64,000 nucleotides of DNA from Gemmatimonadota bacterium (GTDB lineage: Bacteria > Gemmatimonadota > Gemmatimonadetes > Gemmatimonadales > GWC2-71-9), in the NCBI GenBank assembly GCA_039591655.1, contig JBDHDE010000035.1, positions 1 to 64,000 on the forward strand, in the 5' to 3' direction. Of this stretch, positions 28,610 to 38,115 are shown piece after piece; the first letter of the stretch is position 1, and each line of letters opens with the position of its first letter. Position numbers and translations under genes: made by a program. The notes under the pieces are model-generated. The model made no database searches, was not told the DNA's origin, and saw nothing but the letters and a program-made list of their open reading frames with translations.

Positions 28610-30973
28610 ATGAACGAGCGAACGGCGCGACTGCGATGTGAGAGCCTTGAAGCGCTCCCCACCATATCCAGCGAGCGGGCGGAGCTGATCACCGACTTCT
28701 ACCGGGAACACATGGGCAAGCACTCGGTGCCGGTGATGCGGGCGCTGGCCTTCAGGCTCCTATGCGAGCACAAGACCATCTACCTGGGAGACGACGAGCT
28801 CATCGTTGGGGAGCGCGGCCCCCGGCCCAAGTGTACACCTACGTACCCGGAGCTCACCTGCCACAGCCTCGATGACCTGCGCATCCTCGACAGCCGTCCC
28901 AAGACGAGCTACGTGGTCCCGGAGGAGTGCATCGAGGTCTACGAGAAGAACGTCATTCCCCACTGGCGCGGACGGTCCATGCGCGACCGGATCTTCGCCG
29001 CCCTGGATCCGGAGTGGCATCGCGCCTATGAGGCCGGGGTATTCACGGAGTTCATGGAGCAGCGGGCGCCGGGCCACACCGTGCTGGACGACAAGATCTA
29101 CCGCAAGGGGATGCTCGACTTCAGGCGGGAGATCGCCGATGCGCTGGCGAACATCGATTACGAGGCGGACCCGGAGGCGTTGGACAAGCGCGAGGCGCTG
29201 CGGGCGATGGACATCGCTTGTGATGCTGTGATCCTCTTCGCCGAGCGGCATGCGGCGCTCGCCGAGGAGAAGGCGAAGACGGAGGCCGACCCGAGGCGCG
29301 AGGGCGAGCTCTCGAGGATCGCCGAGGTCTGCCGCCAGGTGCCGGCCCATGCGCCGCGGGACTTTCAAGAAGCCCTGCAGTACTACTGGTTCTGCCATCT
29401 GGGGGTGATCACCGAGCTCAACGGATGGGACGCGTTCAGCCCCGGGCACCTGGACCAGCACCTGCTGCCCTTCTACGAACGGGGGATGGCGGAGGGCACG
29501 CTCACTGCGGAGCACGCCCGTGAGCTGCTCGAGTGCTTCTGCATCAAGTTCAACAACCACCCGGCGCCGCCCAAGGTGGGCGTCACGGCCGCCGAGAGCG
29601 GTACCTACACGGACTTCGCCAACATCAACCTCGGTGGCCTCCTGAGCGACGGCGCCGACGGCTCGAATCCGGTCTCGCACTTGATGTTGGACATCTTGGA
29701 CGAGATGCGCCTGCTCCAGCCGAGCTCGAACATCCAGCTGTCGCGTAAGAGCCCGGACACCTTTCTGAAGCATGCCCTCAGAGTAATCCGCAAGGGCTAC
29801 GGCTTCCCATCGGTGTTCAATGCCGACGCGGTGGTCGAGGAGCAGGTTCGCCAGGGCAAGACCATGGAGGACGCCCGGGCCGGAGGGTGCAGCGGGTGCG
29901 TGGAGGTGGGGGCGTTCGGCAAGGAGGCCTACATCCTCACGGGGTACTTCAATCTCCCCAAGGTGCTGGAGCTCACCCTGCACGACGGTATCGACGCCCG
30001 GACCGGCAAGCAGCTGGGTATACAGACCGGCGACCCGAGCGCCTTCGAGGATTTCGATCAACTGTTCGACGCTTTCGCGCGCCAGCTCCAGCACTTCATC
30101 GACGTCAAGATCCGCGGCAATCAGGTGATCGAGCGGATGTATGCCGCCGAGATGCCGGCGCCATTCCTCTCGGTGCTAATCGACGACTGCATCGCGAACG
30201 GCAGGGACTACAACGCCGGGGGCGCCCGCTACAACAACTGCTTCATCCAGGCGGTGGGCATCGGGTCCATCACCGACAGCCTTGTGGCCGTCCGCAAACT
30301 GGTGTACGAGGACCGTAGCCTCTCGCTCGGGGAGCTGGTCGCCGCGCTGGACCGTGACTTCGACGGTGCCGAGCCGCTGCGGCAGCGCCTCGTCAACAAG
30401 ATGCCCAAGTACGGTAACGACGACGACGAGGTCGACGACGTGATGGTCCGGGTGTTCGAGACACTGTTCCAGATGATCGACGGCCGACCCACCACCAAGC
30501 GGGGAGGGCACTACCGTCTCGAGATGCTTCCGACCACCTCCCACGTCTACTTCGGCTCGGTGACCGCGGCGACTCCCGACGGACGCAAGGCAGGTCTTCC
30601 CCTGTCGGAGGGGATCTCGCCGGTGCAGGGGGCCGATCGCCGGGGGCCCACGGCTGTCGTCAGGTCGGCGGCCAAGATGGATCAGGTGAGGACCGGCGGC
30701 ACCCTGCTCAACATGAAGTTCACCCCTGCCCTACTGGCTGACGAGAATGGCGTGGACAGTGTGGCGCGGCTCATTCGGGGGTACTTCCGAATGGACGGCC
30801 ACCACATGCAGTTCAACGTCGTGGATGCCGACACGCTGAAGGCCGCGCAGGCGGATCCGGCGTCGTATCGGGATCTGATCGTGCGAGTGGCCGGCTACAG
30901 CGACTACTTCTGCGATCTCTCCGAAGCGCTCCAGAACGAGATCATCGCCAGGACGGAGCACGCGGGGTTCTAA
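28610..30973 (+). CDS. hypD: Glycyl radical enzyme, trans-4-hydroxy-L-proline dehydratase (HypD-type)
   Basis: FTEFMEQRAPGHTV, ELNGWDAFSPG, PAPPKVG, ESGTYTDFANIN, SGCVE, EAYILTGY, MLPTT, RVAGYS all match HypD active-site segments. Confidence 0.85.
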   Translation: MNERTARLRCESLEALPTISSERAELITDFYREHMGKHSVPVMRALAFRLLCEHKTIYLGDDELIVGERGPRPKCTPTYPELTCHSLDDLRILDSRPKTSYVVPEECIEVYEKNVIPHWRGRSMRDRIFAALDPEWHRAYEAGVFTEFMEQRAPGHTVLDDKIYRKGMLDFRREIADALANIDYEADPEALDKREALRAMDIACDAVILFAERHAALAEEKAKTEADPRREGELSRIAEVCRQVPAHAPRDFQEALQYYWFCHLGVITELNGWDAFSPGHLDQHLLPFYERGMAEGTLTAEHARELLECFCIKFNNHPAPPKVGVTAAESGTYTDFANINLGGLLSDGADGSNPVSHLMLDILDEMRLLQPSSNIQLSRKSPDTFLKHALRVIRKGYGFPSVFNADAVVEEQVRQGKTMEDARAGGCSGCVEVGAFGKEAYILTGYFNLPKVLELTLHDGIDARTGKQLGIQTGDPSAFEDFDQLFDAFARQLQHFIDVKIRGNQVIERMYAAEMPAPFLSVLIDDCIANGRDYNAGGARYNNCFIQAVGIGSITDSLVAVRKLVYEDRSLSLGELVAALDRDFDGAEPLRQRLVNKMPKYGNDDDEVDDVMVRVFETLFQMIDGRPTTKRGGHYRLEMLPTTSHVYFGSVTAATPDGRKAGLPLSEGISPVQGADRRGPTAVVRSAAKMDQVRTGGTLLNMKFTPALLADENGVDSVARLIRGYFRMDGHHMQFNVVDADTLKAAQADPASYRDLIVRVAGYSDYFCDLSEALQNEIIARTEHAGF

Positions 30974-30990
30974 CCAGGAGGCTTGCGGGT

Positions 30991-32169
30991 ATGAAGCGCG
31001 GACGATGGATGCGGTTAGGCGTCCTGGCCATTGGCCTGTCGGGCGTGGCGGCAGCGCTCCCGGCGCAGGAGGTGGTGCAACGGGATCAGGCGCCGCTCCG
31101 GGAGGCGCTGGAATCGAGACTTGCAGAGCTCCTCGTGCAGTGTGGAGCGCCGGGGGTGACAGGCGGTGTCGTTCTGGCCGACGGTACCTCGTTTGGTCTG
31201 GCGGCTGGGCTCGCGGACACCGCGCTTGGCTCGGCCATGACGTCGTCCAGCCGACTGTTGCAGGGGAGCGTCGGCAAGACCTATGTCGCCGCCGTGGCGC
31301 TGCAGCTCGTGCACGATGGCCTGCTGGATCTCGATGCGAAGGTGTCATCGTACCTGGGGCAGGAGCCCTGGTATTCCCGCCTACCCAACCATGCCGACGT
31401 CACTGTGCGGCAGCTCATGAACCACACCAGCGGAATTATCCGCTACGAGTTCAATGAACAGTTCCTCGTCGACCTCCTGGCCGACCCCGACCGCGTGTGG
31501 CGCCCCGAGGAGCAGGTTGCCTACCTGTTCGATACGGAGGCGCCGTTCCCGGCGGGCGAGGGGTGGGAGTACTCCGATACCAACTACATCATCCTCGGGA
31601 TGATCATCGAGCGACTGACCGGCCGCGGCTACTACGACGCGATGCGGCACCGCATCCTGGAGCCGTTGGCCCTCGACAATACGGTGCCGTCGGACTCCCG
31701 CCGCATACCGGGTCTGGTACAGGGATACGCCGGCGTGGGGAACCCCCTGGGGGTGCCGGATGCCGTGCTGGTGGACGGCGAGTTCGTGATCAATCCCCAG
31801 TTCGAGTGGACCGGCGGTGGCATCGCGTCGACGGCAGAAGATCTCGCGCGTTGGGCCAAGGCGCTGTACGAGGGCGAAGCGTTCGATTCGTCGATGCTGG
31901 CAGTCATGCTGGACGCGGTTCCCGCCAGGTTGGGCCCGGGGGCGGAGTACGGCCTGGGCGTCATCGTGCGACCGACTCCCCTCGGTACGAGTTGGGGGCA
32001 CAGCGGGTTCTTCCCGGGGTACCTCACCGAGATGATGTACTTCCCGGACCATCGCGTCGCGGTGGCCGTGCAGATCAACTCCAGTGATTTCCCTCGATTG
32101 CAGATGTCGCCGGGGCGGATCCTGCTGGAGTTGGCGCGAATGGTCGTGGAGCCGGGTGGGGGATCCTAG
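30991..32169 (+). CDS. Serine hydrolase (beta-lactamase/D-Ala-D-Ala carboxypeptidase-like)
   Basis: Signal peptide; GSVGK, HTSG, YSDTNY, WGHSG. Confidence 0.85.
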   Translation: MKRGRWMRLGVLAIGLSGVAAALPAQEVVQRDQAPLREALESRLAELLVQCGAPGVTGGVVLADGTSFGLAAGLADTALGSAMTSSSRLLQGSVGKTYVAAVALQLVHDGLLDLDAKVSSYLGQEPWYSRLPNHADVTVRQLMNHTSGIIRYEFNEQFLVDLLADPDRVWRPEEQVAYLFDTEAPFPAGEGWEYSDTNYIILGMIIERLTGRGYYDAMRHRILEPLALDNTVPSDSRRIPGLVQGYAGVGNPLGVPDAVLVDGEFVINPQFEWTGGGIASTAEDLARWAKALYEGEAFDSSMLAVMLDAVPARLGPGAEYGLGVIVRPTPLGTSWGHSGFFPGYLTEMMYFPDHRVAVAVQINSSDFPRLQMSPGRILLELARMVVEPGGGS

Positions 32170-32203
32170 GGTGCACCGCTCCAGTCGGTGCCGGAGGCCC
32201 GGC

Positions 32204-33844
32204 ATGACTGTCGGCTCCCGTGCGCTGGCGACATTTGCCCTGGCGTTCTCGGTGGCCTGCGGGCGCTCTCCTGACGCCGGGGCGCCACGGCTCGTCGTGC
32301 TCATTGGCATCGACCAACTCCGCGCGGACTACCTGGAGCGGTACGACGAGGTGTTCCAGGGGGGATTCCGCCGCCTCAGGGATCAGGGGTGGCGCGTCGA
32401 CCGCGCCTGGGTGGATCACGCGCCGACTCTGTCGTGGCCCGGTCACACCACCCTGGCAACCGGGGCGCATCCCAAGACGCACGGGATCAACGCGAACGAC
32501 TGGATCGAGCTGATGGAGAACGGTGGAGTGCGTCGGGTCCTCCCACTGCTCGATCCGGATCAGGCGGTGTTGGGCTACCCTGAGCAAGCGGCGTTTTCGC
32601 CTCGGAACATCCGGGTCACGGGCCTCGCCGACTGGTTCCGGGCGGCGCATCCCGAAGCCCGGGCCGTGGCCCTGAGCACCGGTCCGGCGTTGGCAGTGGC
32701 ATACGGTGGCCTGGCGCGGGGGCCGAGAGCCGAGAGCCACGTCTACTGGCTGTCGGCGGGACTTGGGAGGTTCATCACGTCGACCTACTACCGCGACGAA
32801 TACCCGTCGTGGGTGCAGCGCTTCAATGACGAACAGTTGCCGCGGTTCAAGGAGCAACGGATCTGGAGCAACGCGGTTCCCGAGGCGCAACGCCACCTGG
32901 CGCGAGTCGATGCCAAGCCGTACGAAGGCGACGGTGTGCACACGACGTTCCCCCATCGGTTCGATGACGAGGTGGGAGACTCCGCGCGGTTCAACCGCTG
33001 GTTCTACAACTACAGCCCGGGCCAGAACGAGGCGCTCTTCGCCCTGGCCCGAGAGGCGGTCCGCGCGCTCGCCCTGGGGCAGGACGACATCGCCGATCTG
33101 CTGGCGATCGCCGTCAAGTCGGTCGACCGCGTGGGTCACGATTACGGCCCGCACAGCATGGAGCAGCTCGACAACCTCGTCCGCATCGACCGGGAGCTCG
33201 GGGCCTTCCTCGAGTTTCTCGACGGCAGCGTCGGGCGCGGACGCTACGTAGTGGCCGTGTCAGCGGATCACGGCGCGCCCAACATCGTGGAGTACGAGCT
33301 AGAGGAGGGCCGTGTGGCCCGGCGGATTGGTGATGAGGAGGTCGAGCGGCTCCTCGCCCGCTTGGCTGGAGTGGCGGACGGGTACGCCGGTCCCGAAGCG
33401 GAGCTCCCGGCCCTTGTGGCCCGGGAGCTCGAGCAGGAGGACTTCGTCGCCCGGGCGATGACTGCTGAAGAGCTCGCCGGTAGCGAGCCGGCGGACGAGA
33501 TCCTGCAGGCCTACCGGAACTCATACGTTCCGGGTCACACAACCACGTATCCACTGTGGACGCGCGAGATGATCAGCACCGGCCGAGTGGATCACCGCCA
33601 CCCGGCGATGTTCGGGGTGATCGTGGAGTACGTGGAGAACTACGGGTTGTGGTCCGCCCGTTCCACCCACGGCTCGGCCTACCGGTATGACCGCGAAGTG
33701 CCGCTGTTGCTGCTAGGTGCGGGCATCGAGGCGGGGGTTTCGAGTCTGCCGGCCCGCACCGTGGATGTCGCGCCCACCCTGGCATATCTCGCCGGGGTGT
33801 CGTTCCCGGAATCGGTGGACGGCCAGGTTCTCCGCTTCCGCTGA
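32204..33844 (+). CDS. Alkaline phosphatase superfamily protein (PafA/nucleotide pyrophosphatase-like)
   Basis: IDQLRADY, PTLSWPGHTTLATG, DRVGHDYGP, SADHG, THGS, REVPL. Confidence 0.85.
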   Translation: MTVGSRALATFALAFSVACGRSPDAGAPRLVVLIGIDQLRADYLERYDEVFQGGFRRLRDQGWRVDRAWVDHAPTLSWPGHTTLATGAHPKTHGINANDWIELMENGGVRRVLPLLDPDQAVLGYPEQAAFSPRNIRVTGLADWFRAAHPEARAVALSTGPALAVAYGGLARGPRAESHVYWLSAGLGRFITSTYYRDEYPSWVQRFNDEQLPRFKEQRIWSNAVPEAQRHLARVDAKPYEGDGVHTTFPHRFDDEVGDSARFNRWFYNYSPGQNEALFALAREAVRALALGQDDIADLLAIAVKSVDRVGHDYGPHSMEQLDNLVRIDRELGAFLEFLDGSVGRGRYVVAVSADHGAPNIVEYELEEGRVARRIGDEEVERLLARLAGVADGYAGPEAELPALVARELEQEDFVARAMTAEELAGSEPADEILQAYRNSYVPGHTTTYPLWTREMISTGRVDHRHPAMFGVIVEYVENYGLWSARSTHGSAYRYDREVPLLLLGAGIEAGVSSLPARTVDVAPTLAYLAGVSFPESVDGQVLRFR

Positions 33845-33848
33845 CGCG

Positions 33849-35252
33849 TTATGGCTCGCAGCCGTCCCAGCAGTAAGTACACACCCTGGTCTTCGGCAGG
33901 CCTATGGCCGCCACGAGGTCCTCCAGGCGTTGGTACTGTAGAGACGTGAGTCCCAGGCGAGCCCGAATCTGCTCCACCATCTCCGCATAGCGGTCTGATT
34001 CCGGGTCGGCGTACTCCTCCAGGTGATCGGTAGACTCGCCCTGCAGTTCCGCGATCGCCGTGCGTCCCGCAAGGTCGAGCTCCGACCGTGAGCGCGAGAA
34101 GTTCAGGAACTTGCAGCTGAACACCAGGGGCGGGCACGCGGGCCGCATGTGCACCTCCTCGGCGCCGTGCTCGAAGATCCGCCGGATGATGTCCTGGAGC
34201 TGCGTGCCCCGCACGATGGAGTCCTCGCAGAAGAGCAGTCGCTTTCCCTCGATGAGCTCCCTAATGGGAATGAGCTTCATCCGGGCCACCAGGTCGCGGA
34301 CGCGCTGGTCCTGAGGCATGAAGCTGCGGGGCCAGGTGGGAGTGTACTTCACGAAGGGGCGCTGATAGGGGATGCCCTTGGCGTTGGCGTACCCGATGGC
34401 GTGGCCCGTGCCGGAGTCCGGAATCCCGGCGACGATGTCGACCTCCCGGCCATCCCGCTGGGCCAGGCGCTCGCCGCAGCGGTACCGCGTTGCCTCGACG
34501 TTGATGCCCTGGTAGCTCGACGCGGGGTAGCCGTAGTACACCCAAAGGAAGCCGCAGATCTGCATCGCGTCGCCGGGCGGACGCAGTTGCTCCACGCCCT
34601 CCGCCGTGATCCGAACGATCTCGCCGGGCCCGAGGTCGCGGGAGACCGTGTAGCCGAGGTTTGGCAGCGCGCAGGATTCGAAGGTCACGGCATAGGCGCC
34701 CTCCTTCTCGCCGATGAGGACGGGCGTCCGGCCGAGGCGATCCCGCGCCGCATAGATGCCGTCGTCCGTGAGCAGCAGGAGCGAGCACGAGCCCTCGATG
34801 GCTTCTTGTGCGTAGGCGATGCCCTCCGCGAAGGTGGAGCCCCGGTCGATCAGGTGCGCCACCAGCTGGGTGGGGTTGACGTCGGCGCCGGTCATCTCCG
34901 AGAAGTGCGTGCCGCGCTCGGTGAGTGCCTCCTCCACCAGGTGGTCGAGGTTGGCGAGCTTGCCCACGGTGACAATGGCGTAGATGCCGTGGCGCGACCC
35001 GATTATCAGCGGCTGGTCCTCATAGTCCGAGATCACGCCGATCCCGGTGTGGCCCTTCAGCTTTGGGAGGTCGTCCTCGAACTTGCTACGGAACTGGGAG
35101 TTGGTGATGTCGTGGATGAAGCGGGTGAGTCCCTGCTGACCCTTCACCGCCAACCCGCCCCGCATCGTGCCCAGGTGTGAGTGATAGTCGGTGCCGTAGA
35201 ACAGGTCGCGCACGCAGTCGTCGTGCGAGGCAACGCCGAAGAGTCCGCCCAC
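33849..35252 (-). CDS. purF: Amidophosphoribosyltransferase, variant without the N-terminal Cys
   Basis: ARDRLGRTP, GIPDSG, EDSIVRGT PRPP motif, RPACPP, CTYCWDG; N-terminus MGGLFG. Confidence 0.85.
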   Translation of the reverse strand: MGGLFGVASHDDCVRDLFYGTDYHSHLGTMRGGLAVKGQQGLTRFIHDITNSQFRSKFEDDLPKLKGHTGIGVISDYEDQPLIIGSRHGIYAIVTVGKLANLDHLVEEALTERGTHFSEMTGADVNPTQLVAHLIDRGSTFAEGIAYAQEAIEGSCSLLLLTDDGIYAARDRLGRTPVLIGEKEGAYAVTFESCALPNLGYTVSRDLGPGEIVRITAEGVEQLRPPGDAMQICGFLWVYYGYPASSYQGINVEATRYRCGERLAQRDGREVDIVAGIPDSGTGHAIGYANAKGIPYQRPFVKYTPTWPRSFMPQDQRVRDLVARMKLIPIRELIEGKRLLFCEDSIVRGTQLQDIIRRIFEHGAEEVHMRPACPPLVFSCKFLNFSRSRSELDLAGRTAIAELQGESTDHLEEYADPESDRYAEMVEQIRARLGLTSLQYQRLEDLVAAIGLPKTRVCTYCWDGCEP

Positions 35253-35435
35253 CGTCCCCCTCCAAGATGAGTGTTGCCGAGGCGTGATCCCACAAGCTAG
35301 TCGGGTAGCGATAGGGCGTCTACGGAGCCCTTGGCTGTCCGGCGTCTGCTGGATTCTGCGCAGGCAGAAGTGGAACTTGTGACACGGTGGGAAGACCCGT
35401 TGCCTGACCAGTATGAGGAGCTGCGAGGAGTTCGC

Positions 35436-36266
35436 ATGTCCGAGCTTGCCGAGGACTCGAGGAAGCTGGCGGAGCGTCTCGAGGGAATCGAGGTGGCGGC
35501 GTGGGAGGACTTCTACCGGGCCGCCCCGGACGAGGCAGCCCGAAAGTTCGGCATACAGGTGGCGCCGGTGGGAGGCGGGGTGCTGGCGATTGCCTCACAG
35601 ACCGATGTCCTGGCGTACAACCGCGTCGTCGGCCTGGGGATCGGAGAGCCGGCGTCGGAGCGGCACTTGGACCTGATCATCCGGCGGTATCGGGAGACCG
35701 GCGCGTCCCGGTTCTTCGTGCAGGTCTGCCCCGAGGCGAATCCGCCGGATCTCTCCCACTGGCTGGAGGCCCGCGGCTTCCGACACTACAACAACTGGAT
35801 GAAGCTCTACCGCGGCGTCGAGAAGGCGCCGGAGTCCTCCACCGACCTCCGGGTCGAGTGCATCGGTGAAGCCTGGGCCGATGCGTTCGGTGACGTCGCT
35901 GCCCGGTGCTTCGATTGGCCGGACTTCGTACGGGAGTGGGCTGCCGGGTTGGTGGGACGCCCGGGGTGGCACCACTACGTAGCCTTCGACGGCGAGCGCC
36001 CCGCGGCCACCGCCGCATTCTACGCCCGCGGCCGAGACGCCTGGTTGGACTTCGCCGGCACGCTGCCGGAGTATCGCGGTCGCGGCGCCCAGAGCGCTCT
36101 CATCGTGCGGCGCATCGAGGACGCCCGCGCCCTCGGATGCCGGTGCCTGGCCGTGGAGACCGCGCAGCAGACCCCAGAGCGGCAGGCGCCCTCCTACCGC
36201 AATACGCTGAGCCTGGGGTTTCAGGTGGCGTACGTGCGGCCCAACTACCTCTGGAGTCGCGAATGA
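35436..36266 (+). CDS. GNAT family N-acetyltransferase
   Basis: AGTLPEYRGRGAQSALI, SYRN...GF; GAGGAG RBS. Confidence 0.8.
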   Translation: MSELAEDSRKLAERLEGIEVAAWEDFYRAAPDEAARKFGIQVAPVGGGVLAIASQTDVLAYNRVVGLGIGEPASERHLDLIIRRYRETGASRFFVQVCPEANPPDLSHWLEARGFRHYNNWMKLYRGVEKAPESSTDLRVECIGEAWADAFGDVAARCFDWPDFVREWAAGLVGRPGWHHYVAFDGERPAATAAFYARGRDAWLDFAGTLPEYRGRGAQSALIVRRIEDARALGCRCLAVETAQQTPERQAPSYRNTLSLGFQVAYVRPNYLWSRE

Positions 36267-36313
36267 ACCTGTGCGCCGATCGTGAGGCCACGGCGCGGGC
36301 CGGGTGCCGAGGC

Positions 36314-36907
36314 CTAGCTCGTCACGGGGCGCCGAATCCCGGTGACCTCCTCGACGGTGGGAACGGAGTCGAGCGGGACTCCCATGAGCTGGGCCAGTGC
36401 TGCCCGGGCAAGGGACGGATGGGTACCGAGCCACATCAGATGCTCGCCCTGGGTATAGAAGTAGTGTATCCGTCCGAAACCGAACACCATGTCCACGCGG
36501 GTGCCAGTGACGCGGAAGCGCTGGTGGTGGCCGTAGCCGCCGCTCCCGCGCCCGATGCCGGACGCCATTGCCACCTGCTGTGAGTCGGCTTCCTCGGCGG
36601 AAGCGAAGCGGCTGACGTAGATCATAGCTCCCATCGCATCCGTGCCGTAGTGGCCGATATAGCTCTGGGTGGGAGCGACATCCTGCTCGTGCATTCGCTC
36701 GAGGATAGCTGCCGCCTCATCTCCTGCGTGCTCCTCTCGGAGCTGCAGCCCATGAATCTCCGCCGGCAACGGTGAGTCGTCCGCCGCCGACCCGCCGCTC
36801 CCGGCACAGGCAGCCGCGAGGGGAATCAGGGCCGACAGCAGGCCGGTGAGGAGCCTGCCACGATGTATCGCCACGGGAGCTCGCACACACACCTCCGAGT
36901 CGTTCAT
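36314..36907 (-). CDS. Hypothetical lipoprotein
   Basis: Lipobox-like PLAAAC; start uncertain. Confidence 0.55.
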   Translation of the reverse strand: MNDSEVCVRAPVAIHRGRLLTGLLSALIPLAAACAGSGGSAADDSPLPAEIHGLQLREEHAGDEAAAILERMHEQDVAPTQSYIGHYGTDAMGAMIYVSRFASAEEADSQQVAMASGIGRGSGGYGHHQRFRVTGTRVDMVFGFGRIHYFYTQGEHLMWLGTHPSLARAALAQLMGVPLDSVPTVEEVTGIRRPVTS

Positions 36908-37071
36908 CAGGTCGCATCGGCCGCTGCTACGGCCGTCCGGGACGAGAACCATACCAACGCGGCCCTCGATCTGCCAAGTCAGGTGCGGTTCCAGTAGTGA
37001 CGTTGCGATGGTCTCGAGTTCCTCGGTAATCTGAGTAGCGCGACTGAGTCCTACCAGACGAGAACCCATAG

Positions 37072-38115
37072 GTGACCGTGGCTCGGATCCTCTTCCTCGC
37101 CGATACCCATCTCGGATTCGATCTGCCGCTGCGGCCGCGGATCGAGCGGCGGCGACGCGGCCACGACTTCTTCGACAACTACGAACGGGTCCTCGACGCG
37201 GCACTCGCCGAGCGGGTGGACGCCATCGTGCATGGCGGCGACCTGCTGTATCGCAGCCGGGTCCCGGCCAGACTGGTGCAGCAGGCGTTTGCGCCGCTCA
37301 AGCGCATGGCCGAGGTGGGGGTTCCGGTGTACCTGGTGCCGGGGAATCACGAGCGGTCGCACATCCCCCATGCCATGCTGGCCCTCCACCCGCGCATTCA
37401 CGTGTTCGACCGGCCCCAGACCTTTGCACTCGAAGCGAAGGGCCTGCGGCTGGCGCTAGCCGGCTTTCCCTGTGAGCGGAAGGAGGCGCGCAAGCGCTTC
37501 GCTGCGCTAGTGGAGGATACGGGATGGCGCGACGCGGGCGCGGCGGTGAACCTGCTCTGCGTCCACCAGGCATTCGAGGGTGCCACCGTGGGTCCTAGCG
37601 ACTTCACCTTTCGGTCAGGTGACGATGTGGTCAGGGGGGCCGACGTGCCGGCGCCGTTCGCGGCCGTGTTGGCTGGACACGTACATCGGCACCAGGTGTT
37701 GACGTCCGATCTCGGGGGCCGACCGCTCCCGACGCCAGTACTCTATCCGGGGTCTATCGAACGCACATCCTTCGCGGAGAAGGACGAACCCAAGGGCTGC
37801 CTCCTGTTGGAGGTGGGAATCGGCGACTCACCGGGTGGGGTGCTGCGAAGCTGGGAGTTCCGCCGTCTCCCTGCGCGCCCCATGCTGGTGCGTGAGCTGG
37901 ACGCCGATGGAGCCGATCGCGCTCGCCTGCTGGCCATGGTAATGCAGGCCGTAGGAGAGGCGCCTACCGACGCGGTGCTGCGGCTACGGATTCATGGCCG
38001 GCCGGCCGCCGAGGCGCGAGCGGTGCTTGGCGCCGCAAGCCTGCGATCCATCGCTCCCGCCACGATGAACGTGGAGGCGGTGCTGGTGGACGAGCGCCGG
38101 CCACCCCTCCGCTAG
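37072..38115 (+). CDS. Metallophosphoesterase, SbcD/Mre11-like DNA repair exonuclease
   Basis: ADTHLG, GGDL, PGNHE, GHVH, YPGSIERTSFAE. Confidence 0.85.
   Translation: MTVARILFLADTHLGFDLPLRPRIERRRRGHDFFDNYERVLDAALAERVDAIVHGGDLLYRSRVPARLVQQAFAPLKRMAEVGVPVYLVPGNHERSHIPHAMLALHPRIHVFDRPQTFALEAKGLRLALAGFPCERKEARKRFAALVEDTGWRDAGAAVNLLCVHQAFEGATVGPSDFTFRSGDDVVRGADVPAPFAAVLAGHVHRHQVLTSDLGGRPLPTPVLYPGSIERTSFAEKDEPKGCLLLEVGIGDSPGGVLRSWEFRRLPARPMLVRELDADGADRARLLAMVMQAVGEAPTDAVLRLRIHGRPAAEARAVLGAASLRSIAPATMNVEAVLVDERRPPLR

Noticed and set aside
35253..35435. Purine or ZMP riboswitch upstream of purF
   Set aside because: No recognisable conserved aptamer motifs by eye; an Rfam scan would be needed
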